A stretch of DNA of 64,000 bases from an uncultured Holophagales bacterium (GTDB lineage: Bacteria > Acidobacteriota > Thermoanaerobaculia > Multivoradales > UBA5704): the NCBI GenBank assembly GCA_963842525.1, contig CAWJGT010000027.1, forward strand, positions 1-64,000, in the 5' to 3' direction. The translations under genes were made by a program, and so were the position numbers. The notes below the pieces were generated by a model. The model was not told where the DNA came from. It saw only the letters and a list, made by a program, of their open reading frames with translations, and did no database searches. Position 1 is the stretch's first letter, and each line of letters begins with the position of its first letter. Positions 17,463 to 28,837 of this stretch are shown here, piece by piece.

Positions 17463-20400
17463 ATGCTGAGAAAGCTTGTCGTTTGCATTGCGACTCTGCT
17501 CGCCTTTGCGGCGGGCACCGCGGCGTACGCCGAATCCTCTCCCTACGAGATCCAGTTGCTCCGCGGGAGCTTCACGCCGGCGCCCGGCACGCGGCCGAGC
17601 GGGCTTCAGCGCCTCGCCCAGGCGGCGGCCGCCACGCCCGGACAAAAGGTCCATGTCCTCCTCCAGCTCCACGAGATCCCGGCCGATTTCCAGGATCTGG
17701 TGCGCGCGGGAGTCGACTTTGGCCCCTATGCCACGGGCCGGGCCTGGGTCGTCGGGATCCCGGCGGCTGTGCTGCAAACCATTTCGACGCGCCCCGATGT
17801 GCGCGCGCTGGTGCTCTGGGACGCCACGCGCAAGGTCCATCCGCGCGTTGCCGCCGGTGACTATGCCCCCTGGACGCGCGACGAATCGCGCCCCGGCTGG
17901 GCCATGCTGTTCGTCCAACTCCACCACGACGTGCCGATCGAGAACGGCTACGCGCTGGCCGACGCCATCGGCGGCGCCGCCATGCCACCGGTCGAGGGCC
18001 TGCACGGCATGACGATCTGGGTGGAGGAAGGCAAGGTCAAGGATCTGGCGGCCTCGGAAGACGTGCTGTGGATCCAGGAAGGGCCGCCGCCGCTCACCGA
18101 GACCAACGACGGCGTGCGCGGCACCATGAAGGTCGACGTGGTCAACAATGCGCCCTACAACCTGACCGGCACCGGGGTGCGCGCCTTCGTCTTCGACGGC
18201 GGCACCGTGCGCTCCACGCACGAGACCTTCAACAGCGGCGGCGGCAGCCGAGTGACCAATCTCGACGCCACGGCGATCTCCAGCCACTCCACGCACGTGG
18301 CCGGCACGGTGGGCGGCGACGGCGCGCCGTCGAGCGCCGGCGGCCGGGGCCGCGGCGTGGCGACCGGCACGACGATCCTCTCGGCCGGCTACCAGCAGGT
18401 CGGCGGCACCATGCTGTTCTGGGACAACGCCGGCGACATCGAGACCGACTACACGCTCGGCCGCAATACCCACAACGCCGACCTCGTCAACAACTCGATC
18501 GGCAGCAACACGGCGGCGAACGGCTATCCCTGCACGCGTGAGGGGGATTACGACCTCACCGGGAGCCTGCTCGACGGCATCGTCCGCGACGACAACCCCT
18601 CGATCAACGGCTCGGTGATCCTGGCCTGGGCCGCCGGCAACGAGCGCGGCGGTGCCGCCGGCCGTTGCGGCGCGAACTACAACACCACGGCCCCGCCGTC
18701 GTGCGCCAAAAACCCGATCCACGTCGGCGCCCTCAACTCGGACGGCGGCTCGATGACCAGCTTCAGCAGTTGGGGCCCGTGCGACGACGGCCGCCTGAAG
18801 CCGGTCATCTCCGCCCCGGGCTGCGAGACCGGCCGGGTCACCGGCGAGACCTTCGTCTATTCCTCGCTCAGCAGCTCCGACGTTGCCTACGGTGGCTTCT
18901 GCGGCACCTCGATGGCCACCCCGGCGGTCACCGGCACCATCGCGCTGTTGATCCAGGACTGGCGCAACCGCGGCTTCGGCGGCGTCAACGACCGGCCTCT
19001 GCCGGCGCTGGTCAAAGGCTGGCTGATCCACGGCGCGCGCGACCTGGGCCTCGACGGGCCGGATTTCATCTACGGCTACGGCGGAGTCAATGCCCAGAAA
19101 ACCGTCGACATCGAGCGCGGCGGCAACGGCACGCTCGGCGACGCCGCGACCGCCTGGGGGACCGATTCGGCCACCAACGGCAGCATCGACAGCTTCTTCG
19201 TCACCGTGCCCGCCAACACGGCGGAGCTCAAGGCCACCCTGGCCTGGGACGACTTTGCCGCGGCGGCCTTTACCGCCAGCGCCCCGGTCAACAACCTGAC
19301 GCTCGAATTGATCGCTCCGGATACGAGCGTGCGCCAGGCCTTTGTGCTCAATGCCGGCAGCCCCAACCAGGCCGCGACCACGGGTGCCAACGCGTTGGAC
19401 AACCAGGAGCAGGTGCTGGTGCAGAGCCCGGCGGCCGGCGTCTGGACGGTGCGCGTGACCGGCACCAGCGTGCCCCAGGGCCCGCAGACCTACAGCCTGA
19501 TTTACACCTATGCGGGGACGCCGATCGATCCGGGCACCTGCGCCACGACCAGCTCGACGTACGAAGCCGGCACCGATAGCTGGACGCTGACCGGTGCGAC
19601 GCGCGTCGCGGCTCCCGCGGCCGGCCACGGCAGCTTCTCGCTGCAATTCGGCGGCGCCAACAGCACCACGCACGAGGCGACCCGCGACTTCACCATCCCG
19701 GCCGGCGCCACCAAGGCCGAATGGACCTTCTTCTGGTACATGACCACCCTGGAGGGCTCCTCCGGCTTCGGCTACGACTCCTTCCGCGCCGAGGTGCGCT
19801 CGACCACCGGCACCGTCCTCGCCGTGGTCGACACCCGCTACGACGGCTGGACGGCGGCCACCTGGCTCAGGATGGAGAACATCGACCTGACCCCTTGGGC
19901 CGGCCAGACCGTGCGGCTCGCCTTCCGCGCGGTCAACGACACGACCCTGCCCTCCACCTTCTGGGTCGACGATGTGGGAGCGGAGACCTGCGGTGGCGGC
20001 GGTCCGTTGCCGCCGGTGACGCTCACCTTCACCTCGGTTGCCAACCAGGATGGCCGGGTCCTCGAGTCAGGGGAGAACTCCAATGTCGGCGGCTCGAACA
20101 ACAGCAACGCGTCGAACACCTCCGCCCTGCGCGTAGGCGACGACAACCAGAACCGGCAATTCAAGACGATCGTGTCGTTCGACACCTCGTCGATCCCGGA
20201 CACCGCCACCATCCTCTCGGTCACCGTGCGGTTGCGGCGCGGCAGCGTCACCGGGGCCAATCCGTTCACAACGCACGGCACCTGCCAGGTGGATATCCAG
20301 AACGGATCGGGTTTCGGCGGCTCGACGGCGCTCGCCAATGCCGACTTCCAGGCCGCGGCCACCGCGGTCGGCGTCACCAGCCTGAGCAACGCCCTGGCCA

Positions 20401-20594
20401 ACAACGACTGGTCGGAAGGCGCCCTCAACGCCGCGGGCCTCGCGGCGATCAACAAGACCGGCACCACGCAGCTCCGGGCCTACTTCTCGCTCGACGACAA
20501 CAACGACAACGGCAACGACTACATGGGCTACTACTCCGGCAACGACGGGAAGCTCGGCCAACCGGCCGCAGCTCGTCGTCATCTACCAGCCGTA
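17463..20594 (+). CDS. Secreted S8 (subtilisin-like) serine peptidase with C-terminal accessory domains; frameshift near 20550
   Basis: FDGG (Asp), HSTHVAG (His), AAGNE, GTSMATP (Ser); natural end [13 protein letters not shown] in shifted frame. Confidence 0.9.
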
Positions 20595-20639
20595 GACGGC
20601 CAAGGTAAGCGCAGGCTCCTCGGCGGCACGCCGCGGAGG

Positions 20640-20775
20640 AGCCTCTGGACCGTGGCCCTCCGCAAGCTCGACCAGCTCGATTCCGCCGAGAGCCTCGACG
20701 ATCTCCGGAGCCCGCCCGGCAACCGCCTGGAGGCTCTCGCGGGTCACCGCGAAGGCCAACACGGCATCCGCGCCG
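20640..20775 (+). pseudogene. HigB/RelE-type 'plasmid maintenance killer' toxin fragment
   Basis: [40 protein letters not shown]; no start, no C-terminus, no antitoxin. Confidence 0.75.
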
Positions 20776-20871
20776 GCATCGCCGAAGCCGCCGAGCTGAA
20801 GCGCATCGGAAGCCTCCAGCTCGCGCCCGCCGCCGTCAGTCACTGACCGCCAGCAGGATGACACGCCGGTG

Positions 20872-21835
20872 TCAGAAGCCTCCGGCGGCCATGGCGAGGA
20901 CGTACAGGACAGTGCCCAGGAGGCCGATGCCGGCCGCTATGAAGGTCCAGGTTGCCGCCTGTTTGGCCGCCGCCTGCGCGCCGGCGAGATCACCCGCGAG
21001 ATACTTCTTGTCGACCTGGGTCGCGAAATAGATCCCGAGCCAGCCCACCAGGGGGCAGCACATCACGGTCGCCAGGATCGACCATACGAGGTAGTTGTCG
21101 GGCTTCACGCCCGTCGGCTGCGGGCTCGGAAATGGGGCTGGAGGCCTCGGGGCCGGCGGTATCGGTGTTGGCCCAGGCACGGGGCGCGGTGGCTGACCGG
21201 ACTGGAGCTGGTCGATCTCGGTGGCCACCTGATGGGACACGTCAGGGCGCTCGCGCAGCATCCTGAGCAGCCGCCGGGCGAGCTCCGCCTCGTCGCCGTG
21301 CAGCCTTGCCTTCAGCTCGGACAGCAGCCGCAACTGGTCCGGGCGCGCGAGCCTCTCCGGGTGCCTGGACCTGACCCCGCAAGTCGGTGAGGTAGGAGAT
21401 CGGCACTTCCGGGCGTGGAGGCATCGGATCGGGGAGCGGCGGCGCGGGCTGGATACTGCCGGTCCCGCGCACCAGGTTGAGAAGGCTGTTGCGGTCGCCC
21501 GGCTTGTAGGAGATCCACTGCGCCTCCGCAATGCGCTGCGGGAACAGGCCAGGGCTGACGTCCTCGATCTTGATGGGCAGGAAAGGCTTCCCCAGCGCGA
21601 TCGCATAGGCGGCCTCGCGCTCGCACGCTGTAGAGGTAAGGTAGGCGTCGCTGAGCACGGGGACGAATACATCACATTGCTCGATCTGCCGCAGGAGCTC
21701 GTCCCACCAGGACTGGCCCCCAGCCAGCTCGCTGTCGAAAAAGGCCGAGTAGCCACAGCCCTTGAAGTCGGCGTCCAACTGTTCCGTCACCGGGCGATTC
21801 ACCCGTGCGTAGCTGATGAAGATTTTTCTTGCCAT
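20872..21835 (-). CDS. TIR domain + CD225/dispanin (IFITM-like) membrane protein; one frameshift near 21360
   Basis: KIFISYAR..FFD..GGQSWWDEL..S..CERE (TIR); [37 protein letters not shown] (CD225). Confidence 0.8.
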
Positions 21836-21957
21836 CGCTGGAGAAATTCTATCACCCGTCAACCGTGAACGTCGATCGACGGGCCGTGGATTGACTGGCG
21901 TCCCCGGTGGGGCTAGCGTTACACGACTGGCTGCATCGTTTGCAGGAGGAGGTATGT

Positions 21958-23478
21958 ATGGTGTCCTCGAGATCGCAGGTCCTGTCGGCGGTATTGGGGG
22001 GATGGCTGGCTGTGTCGGCGTGGGCGGCGGAGCCGCCGGCGCCGATCATTGGCGAGACGATCGACGTCCGCGTCGTCAACGTCGAAGCGGTGGTGACGGA
22101 TGAGACGGGCGGGCGGGTGCGCGGGCTTGCTCCGGCCGACTTCCGGCTGCTGGTCGACGGCAAGGAGGTGTCGATCGACTACTTCACCGAGGTGGCCGAA
22201 GGAGAGACGGCTCCGGCGGCGGGAAAGGCAGGGGGCCCGGTGGCGCCGCTCCCTCCGGACGAGCAGGTCGGACGGTCCTATCTGGTCTTCATCGACGAGT
22301 CGTTCTCGGTCGCGGAGCAGCGCGACGGCATCCTCACCGCTCTGGAGCAGGGGCTGGCGCGGCTCGGCCCCGCCGACCAGATGGCGGTTCTGGCCTTCGA
22401 CGGCAAGGAGATCGACGTCCTCAGCCCCTGGACCTCGGACACCGCGGCGCTCGCCCGGGTCCTGCGCGAGGCCCGGCAGCGCGAAACGCGCGGCAGCCAG
22501 CTCCTGGCCCAGCACCGCAGTGTGGAAGGGGATGTCGACATGCTGGTCGAAATGGCCGAGCAAGGCTTGCTGGAAGGCGACCAGCTCCTCGAGGCCAACG
22601 CCTACCTGGAGAAACGGGTCAGCCCGGAAGCGCGCTCCCAGCTCGGCCGGACCGCGCCCGCCATCGCGGCGGCCCTGCGCGCGTTCGAGGCGCCTCCCGG
22701 GCGCAAGGTCATGTTCCTCCTCTCCGCCGGCTGGTCGCTGACGGTTGCGCCCCAGCTCTTCGGACCGGTGCTGGAGGCCGCCAACCGGCTCGGCTATACC
22801 CTCTATCCGGCCGACGCCTCGGTGCACACGCCCGAGGTCCTCAAGTTCCTCGACGCCTTCGCCGCGCGGACCGGGGGCAAGGTCGTGACCGCGGACCTGA
22901 AGAGCAACGCCTTCGAGCAGGTCCTGAACGACTCCGGCACCTACTACTGGCTCGGCTTCACGCCGTCCTGGAAGGGCGACAACCGCCGCCACGCGGTCCG
23001 CGTCGAGGTGCGCCGGCCGGGCCTGCGCGTGCGGGCGCGGAGCGGCTTCTCCGACCTGGCCCGTCCCACGGAGGCCGGGCTCCGCGCCGAGGGCATCCTG
23101 CTCTTCGGCGGCAGCTCGCAGGACAAGCGGCTGGTCGTCCAGATCGGCCAGCCCCGTCCCGCCGGACGCAAGGAGGTGGAGCTGCCGGTCAGCCTGAGCG
23201 TCCCCATCGACGCGCTCGTCCTCACCCAGGGCGAGGGAGGCTATGTGGCCGAGCTGCCGCTCGCGGTCTCCGCCATCGACGCCAAGGGAGGGCGCGCCGA
23301 CCTCCCGGGCATGCGCCTGAAGATCGTCCTGCGCCAGATCCCGAAAGGGGGAGGGCTCGCGCGGTTCCAGACCGTCGTGAAGGTCCGGCGCCTGGAGCAG
23401 CGGCTGGTCTTCACCGTCGAGGATGCGACGCGCGGGTCCTTCCTCTGGGGCGAGGCGAGGTACACGCCTGCTCCCTAG
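21958..23478 (+). CDS. VWA-related Acidobacterial domain protein (paralog 1)
   Basis: Signal peptide; ETIDVRVVNVEAVVTD..GL..DF; PGRK; YYWLGFTP. Confidence 0.85.
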   Translation: MVSSRSQVLSAVLGGWLAVSAWAAEPPAPIIGETIDVRVVNVEAVVTDETGGRVRGLAPADFRLLVDGKEVSIDYFTEVAEGETAPAAGKAGGPVAPLPPDEQVGRSYLVFIDESFSVAEQRDGILTALEQGLARLGPADQMAVLAFDGKEIDVLSPWTSDTAALARVLREARQRETRGSQLLAQHRSVEGDVDMLVEMAEQGLLEGDQLLEANAYLEKRVSPEARSQLGRTAPAIAAALRAFEAPPGRKVMFLLSAGWSLTVAPQLFGPVLEAANRLGYTLYPADASVHTPEVLKFLDAFAARTGGKVVTADLKSNAFEQVLNDSGTYYWLGFTPSWKGDNRRHAVRVEVRRPGLRVRARSGFSDLARPTEAGLRAEGILLFGGSSQDKRLVVQIGQPRPAGRKEVELPVSLSVPIDALVLTQGEGGYVAELPLAVSAIDAKGGRADLPGMRLKIVLRQIPKGGGLARFQTVVKVRRLEQRLVFTVEDATRGSFLWGEARYTPAP

Positions 23479-23482
23479 AGCG

Positions 23483-25099
23483 ATGGCCTCGCCACGGGGC
23501 CATCTCGACGTGCCGGTACCCGGCGCTACCGTGGGTCCGGGAGCCTTCCAGCTCCTCGGCTGGGCGGCCGACGGTCGCGGTTCCGTTGCGGTCGACATCG
23601 AGATCGACGGCGCGCTCGTGGGCCGCGCCAACATCGGCCTGTCGCGACCCGACGTGGCAGAGGCCCTGGGCCATGCCAATGCCGCCTTCGCGGGATGGGA
23701 ATGCATGCTCGACCTCCATCGCCTCGCGGCCGGCCGCCCGTCCCTGCGGATCGATGCCTTCGCCCAGGGCCGGGACGGCGGACGGACCCTTATCGGCACC
23801 GTCGCCATCGCCGTCGAAACAGCGGCACCGGCGTTCAGCGAGTCTCCTGCGGCGGCTCGCGCCGGTGAGCTGCGGCGCCGTCTCGAGCTCCTCCTCGCAC
23901 GGCACCCCACGCCGCCACCACCGCCGCCGTCGCCGGCGAGGCCCGTGAGGATCCTCGCCGTCCTCCATAGCCTCGACCGCGGCGGCAGCCAGCTCATCCT
24001 GCTCGAGCGGTTGCGCGAGCTCGCTGCCGCCGGGGAAGCGGAGGCGATGGTCGTCAGCCAGACCGACGGCCCGCTGCGCGACGAATTCGAAGCCAGCGGC
24101 TTCCCCTGCCACGTCAGCGGCTGGCTGGTCCAGCCGGATCCCGTTCTCTACGAGGGGAAGATGGCCGAGCTGGCCATGTGGTGCCGGCCGCAAGGTTTCG
24201 AGCTGGTCCTGGCGAGCACGATCGGCGTCAGCCCTGCCATCGACCTGGCGCTGCGGCTCGGCCTGCCGAGCCTGTGGTTGATCTACGAGCGGCCGGTCTC
24301 CAAACATCACTTGTCCCCGTTCCTCTCGATGCGATGGCCTGCCTATGCGATCGCGCAGGCGGAAGATGCGCTGCGCCGCTGCTCGCTGATCGTCTTCGAT
24401 TCGGATGCCTGCCGGCGCGACTACCTCCACCGGGCACCTCCCGAGCGGCTGCTGACCATCCCGGGGGCGATCGACCTGCGAGCCATCGATCGCTTTCGGG
24501 CCGGCTTCGACCGCGCGGCGGCACGCCGCGCCCACGGCCTGCCCGACGATGCCGTGCTGGTGCTCGGTCTGGGCTCGATCCTCGTCCTCAAGGGAACGCC
24601 GCTGCTGCTGCAGGCGTTCGCCACCCTCGCCGGCGAGCGCGCCGACCTGCGGCTGGCGCTGGTGGGCTCGCGCCGCGACGCTCTGGCGGAGGCTCTCGAG
24701 CGGTTTGTTGCCGCGCGGGGGCTCGGCGATCGCGTCCGCATCGAGCCGATGGGGGCGGCGGCGTACGACTGGCTGGCGATGGCCGACCTCCTGGTCTGCC
24801 CCAGCCATCGCGAGTCGATGCCGCGCACCGTCATGGAGGGGATGGCGTTCGAGGTCCCGGTGGTGGCTTCCGCCGTGGGCGACGTGCCGAGCGTCCTCGT
24901 CGACGGCACCACCGGCTGGCTCATACCGCCGAGCGATCCCGCCGCGCTGGAACAAGCGATGCGCCGCGCGCTCGCCGCTTCACCCGAGCAGCGAGGCCGG
25001 ATGGTCGAGGCAGCCGCCCGCCATGTCCGGGAGCATCGCGATGCACCCCGGGCGGCTGCGAGCTTCGCGGAGGCGGTGCGGCGTGTCGCCGTGCGATGA
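23483..25099 (+). CDS. Glycosyltransferase family 4 with N-terminal Ig-like domain
   Basis: HSLDRGGSQ, KG, ESMPRTVMEGMA, VVASAVG. Confidence 0.85.
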   Translation: MASPRGHLDVPVPGATVGPGAFQLLGWAADGRGSVAVDIEIDGALVGRANIGLSRPDVAEALGHANAAFAGWECMLDLHRLAAGRPSLRIDAFAQGRDGGRTLIGTVAIAVETAAPAFSESPAAARAGELRRRLELLLARHPTPPPPPPSPARPVRILAVLHSLDRGGSQLILLERLRELAAAGEAEAMVVSQTDGPLRDEFEASGFPCHVSGWLVQPDPVLYEGKMAELAMWCRPQGFELVLASTIGVSPAIDLALRLGLPSLWLIYERPVSKHHLSPFLSMRWPAYAIAQAEDALRRCSLIVFDSDACRRDYLHRAPPERLLTIPGAIDLRAIDRFRAGFDRAAARRAHGLPDDAVLVLGLGSILVLKGTPLLLQAFATLAGERADLRLALVGSRRDALAEALERFVAARGLGDRVRIEPMGAAAYDWLAMADLLVCPSHRESMPRTVMEGMAFEVPVVASAVGDVPSVLVDGTTGWLIPPSDPAALEQAMRRALAASPEQRGRMVEAAARHVREHRDAPRAAASFAEAVRRVAVR

Positions 25100-25256
25100 C
25101 TTGGCCGGAGGTGTCCTCTCCTGGAGACACCCCGTACCCTCGCGGGGTCTCCGCCCGGTGGTACGATCCCCCGAAATACCTGATTCTGCGACCTTTTCGT
25201 CGCCGGCACCCTCTTTGCTAAGCGCTCAAGCGTTTCCAGAGGAGGAATGAGGAGGA

Positions 25257-27032
25257 ATGAGAATGACTACACCAGTCAGGTTGTTGTTCGCGGCCCTGAT
25301 GGCCGGGGCTCTTGCGGTCTCGGCTCAGACGCGCCCGGCGAACGAGGCCGTCGCCGAAACCTTCGGCGAGGCGATCGACGTCCGCGCCGTCAACGTCGAG
25401 GCAGTAGTCACCGACTCGTCGGGCGAGCGGGTGCGGGGGCTGTCCGCGGCCGATTTCCGGCTGCTGGTCGACGGCAAGGAGGTGCCGATCGACTATTTCA
25501 CCGAAATTGCGAACAGCCAGGCCGCGGCTCCGGCCACCCCGGCGGCTGATGCCGGACAGGCCGGGACCACCGGAGAGACGGCGCCGCAGGCGCCGGCCTT
25601 CGGAACGGTGGGCCGCAGCCTCCTGATCTTTGTGGACGAGAGCTTCTCTCTCGAAACCGACCTCGAAATCGTCCTCCTTCGCCTGCAGAGCGCGCTGCAG
25701 GCGCTGGGGCCCGAGGACCAGGTGGCCGTCGTGGCTTTCGACGGCCGGCGGCTCACGGTGTTGAGCGACTGGAGCCGGGACCGGGCCGCGATCGGAGCGG
25801 TGCTGGAGGCAGCCCGCCAGCGGCCCGCGCATGGGATCCTCGTGAAAGCGGAGCACCAGGCAGTGCTGAACAACGCCATATTCAAGGCTGAGGCCGAGGT
25901 TGCGGCCAGCGGCGAGGACGGAAGCGTCGTCCCCCAGTTGGACCTCTGGCCAGGCTCGGCGGCGCCAGCCCTGAGGGCCGGCCGGTCCTCGCTGGAGACC
26001 GCTGCGCTCGACTCCCTCGCGGGCCTGGTGCCCCAGAGCAGGTCCCGGGTGAGCCGGGTGGGCGCGGCCACTATCGCCGCGTTGCGCAGCTTCGCCTCGG
26101 CCCCGGGGCGCAAGGCTGCGCTGCTCCTCTCCGGAGGCTGGCCGCTCGGGACGGCGCCCGACGTCTTTCCGCGCCTGGTCGAAACAGCCAACCTGCTCGG
26201 CTATACCCTCTATCCGATCGACGTGACCGGGATCGAGGCTCCGCCGGTGCAGTTGACGGACGCCCGCATGGGGCCGGTCGACCTGGCGGCGCTGACCGGC
26301 TCGGCCATGAACGTGAACACGGTCTACACCTTTATCTCGTCGGACTACGAGCAGGACGTGGAGCTCGGCCTCAAGCTCCTGGCGCGGGAGACGGGAGGCC
26401 AGGCCTCCCTCAACTCCAACCGCCTCGCCGCGCTCGACCGGGTGTTGACCGATACGAGCTCCTACTACTGGCTCGGTTTCAGCCCGACCTGGCGCGCCGA
26501 CGGCCGGCGTCATTCGATCCGGGTGGAGGTGCGGCAGCGGGGCCTGGCGGTCCGCTCCCGCAACGGCTACTCCGACCTGACCCGCGAGGCGGACCGGGCG
26601 CTGCAGATGGACAGCCGCCTGGTCTTCGGCGGCGTGTTGCGCGAACGGCGGCTCCTCGTCCAGGTCGGCGCGCCGCGGCTCCTCGACCGGCGCACGATGG
26701 AGGTGACCGTGACCCTGCAGGTCCCCGCGGACGTCCTTCCGCCGAGCACGACGGGCGGCAGGTACACGGCCGAGCTGCCGCTGCGGATCGCCGCCGTGGA
26801 CGACCGGCACAACCGGCTCGAGCTCGAGCCTCTGAAGCTGCGGGTCGACCTCGACCAGGCCCCTCCCGCGTCCGGCTACGCCCGCTTCCAGACGACCCTG
26901 AAGCTGCCGCGCCGCAACTCGACGCTGCGGTTTGCGGTGCACGACCCGATCGGCGACAAGCTGGTCTGGGGCGAGACGGAGGTGACGGCCGAGGGGGTCC
27001 AGGGGCACGGCTTGCCGGAGAGGTCCCGGTGA
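25257..27032 (+). CDS. VWA-related Acidobacterial domain protein (paralog 2)
   Basis: Same motifs as paralog 1. Confidence 0.85.
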   Translation: MRMTTPVRLLFAALMAGALAVSAQTRPANEAVAETFGEAIDVRAVNVEAVVTDSSGERVRGLSAADFRLLVDGKEVPIDYFTEIANSQAAAPATPAADAGQAGTTGETAPQAPAFGTVGRSLLIFVDESFSLETDLEIVLLRLQSALQALGPEDQVAVVAFDGRRLTVLSDWSRDRAAIGAVLEAARQRPAHGILVKAEHQAVLNNAIFKAEAEVAASGEDGSVVPQLDLWPGSAAPALRAGRSSLETAALDSLAGLVPQSRSRVSRVGAATIAALRSFASAPGRKAALLLSGGWPLGTAPDVFPRLVETANLLGYTLYPIDVTGIEAPPVQLTDARMGPVDLAALTGSAMNVNTVYTFISSDYEQDVELGLKLLARETGGQASLNSNRLAALDRVLTDTSSYYWLGFSPTWRADGRRHSIRVEVRQRGLAVRSRNGYSDLTREADRALQMDSRLVFGGVLRERRLLVQVGAPRLLDRRTMEVTVTLQVPADVLPPSTTGGRYTAELPLRIAAVDDRHNRLELEPLKLRVDLDQAPPASGYARFQTTLKLPRRNSTLRFAVHDPIGDKLVWGETEVTAEGVQGHGLPERSR

Positions 27033-27141
27033 GAGCTCGTCCGGCCGGGTAGACGTGCGAAACAAACCCCCTCGCGGGTTTGTTGTGGTTTGTTGTCAGA
27101 AGGGAAACCGCGCGGCCGTGGGCCGCCCCAGGGAGGCATTC

Positions 27142-28803
27142 ATGAGATCTCTTCACCAGACCACCGTCTTCACCGGCCTCCTGCTGAGCGCCGCGCTCGC
27201 CGCCGGCGCGCAGCAGCAGCCGCCCGCCGTAGAGCCGCCGCCGAGCATCTTCGGCGACCAGATCGAGGTGCGGGTCGTCAACGTCGAGGTGGTGGTCACC
27301 GACAAGCAAGGCAATCGCGTCGCGGGCCTGCAGCCGCGCGACTTCGTTCTGCGGGTGGACGGCAAGGACGTGCCGGTCGAGTACTTCAGCGAGGTGCGCG
27401 GCGGCCAGGCGATCGCCGCCGGCGCCGCCGCGGAGGAGAGCCCGCTGCCCGGTCTGCCGAGCCTGGCGCCGGGCAGCCCCGTGGGCACCAGCTACCTGGT
27501 GTTCATCGACGACTTCTTCTCGATCGCGCCGCGCCGCAACGAGGTTCTGCGCGCCCTGAAAGGACAGCTCACCCAGCTCGGGCCCGACGACCGCATGGCG
27601 ATCGTGGCCTACGACGGCCGCGAGCTCGAGATGCTGAGCACCTGGTCCAATTCCGAGCGGACGCTGTCGCGCGCCCTGGACCAGGCCGTCGGCCGCCAGG
27701 CGCTGGGCTTCCAGCGCCTCTCGGAGCTGCGCAGCTTCGACACCACCAGCCGGCTCCACGCCACCATGGGCGTGGTGCCCGGCCCGCGCTCCACGTTCGG
27801 CACGCAGCTCAACCTCGAAGAGATCTCCTATGCGCAGCGCCTGGCCGGGCAGGTCGAGCGGGTGGTCTCGGCGGCGGTCAGCACGCTGCGCGGCTTCGCC
27901 GCGCCTCCGGGCCGCAAGGTGATGCTCCTTCTCGCCGGCGGCTGGCCCGCCTCGCCGGCGGACTTCGCGATCAACAACCCGAACCGGCCGATCGTCAGTC
28001 GCGACGTGCCGCGCGGCGAAGACCTGCTGCGGCCGTTGACCGACACCGCCAACCGCCTGGGCTATACCCTCTACCCGGTGGACGTGCCCGGGGTCGAGGG
28101 CAGTGGTCCGGACGCCTCGATGGGCGGTCCCCAGGACGTCGGCCTCAACCTGCGCGAGCAGGAGATCCACGCGTCCCTCCAGCTCATCGCCAACGAGACC
28201 GGCGGCAAGGCGCTCCTCAACTCGTTGCGCGAGAGCGTGCTGCCCGACGTGACGGCCGACACCCGCTCGTACTACTGGCTGGGGTTCACCCCCACCTGGC
28301 AGAGGAACGACGCGCGGCATGAGGTCGCCGTCGAGGTGACGCGCCCCGGGCTCAGGGTCCGCTCGCGCGACAGCTTCCTCGACCTGTCGCGCAAGACCGA
28401 GGTCTCCATGCTGGTCGAGAGCGCCATGCTCTTCGGCAGCGCCCCCGGCGCCACCCAACTGCCGATGCAGGTAGGCAAGCCGGTCCGCGCCGGCCGCCGG
28501 GAGATCGAGGTCCCGCTCAGCCTGGCGATCCCGGCGGACGGCATCACCACGGTGCCGATCGAGGGCAAGAACGTCGCCGAGCTGGAGCTGCGGGTCGCGG
28601 CCGTGGACGTCGACGGAAACCGTTCGTCGATCCCGGTGATCCCCCTCCGGGTCACCCTCGACGGCGTTTCCGAGACCGCGGGCAAATTCCTGCGCTACGA
28701 CACCAAGGTCCGGCTGCGGCGCATCGGCCAGCACCTGATCGTGGCGATCTTCGATCCACTGAGCAACCGGATTCTCACGGCCGAGGCGGACGTGACCCCG
28801 TGA
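27142..28803 (+). CDS. VWA-related Acidobacterial domain protein (paralog 3)
   Basis: GGAGG RBS; EVRVVNVEVVVTD; PGRK; YYWLGFTP. Confidence 0.85.
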   Translation: MRSLHQTTVFTGLLLSAALAAGAQQQPPAVEPPPSIFGDQIEVRVVNVEVVVTDKQGNRVAGLQPRDFVLRVDGKDVPVEYFSEVRGGQAIAAGAAAEESPLPGLPSLAPGSPVGTSYLVFIDDFFSIAPRRNEVLRALKGQLTQLGPDDRMAIVAYDGRELEMLSTWSNSERTLSRALDQAVGRQALGFQRLSELRSFDTTSRLHATMGVVPGPRSTFGTQLNLEEISYAQRLAGQVERVVSAAVSTLRGFAAPPGRKVMLLLAGGWPASPADFAINNPNRPIVSRDVPRGEDLLRPLTDTANRLGYTLYPVDVPGVEGSGPDASMGGPQDVGLNLREQEIHASLQLIANETGGKALLNSLRESVLPDVTADTRSYYWLGFTPTWQRNDARHEVAVEVTRPGLRVRSRDSFLDLSRKTEVSMLVESAMLFGSAPGATQLPMQVGKPVRAGRREIEVPLSLAIPADGITTVPIEGKNVAELELRVAAVDVDGNRSSIPVIPLRVTLDGVSETAGKFLRYDTKVRLRRIGQHLIVAIFDPLSNRILTAEADVTP

Positions 28804-28837
28804 CGCGTCCCGTATAATCCCCCGAGAGAGCGAACCT

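Noticed and set aside
17361-20846. S8 peptidase-HigB toxin fusion in the ORF track
   Set aside because: A frameshift near 20550 bypasses the natural end ([10 protein letters not shown]), so the fusion is probably an artefact
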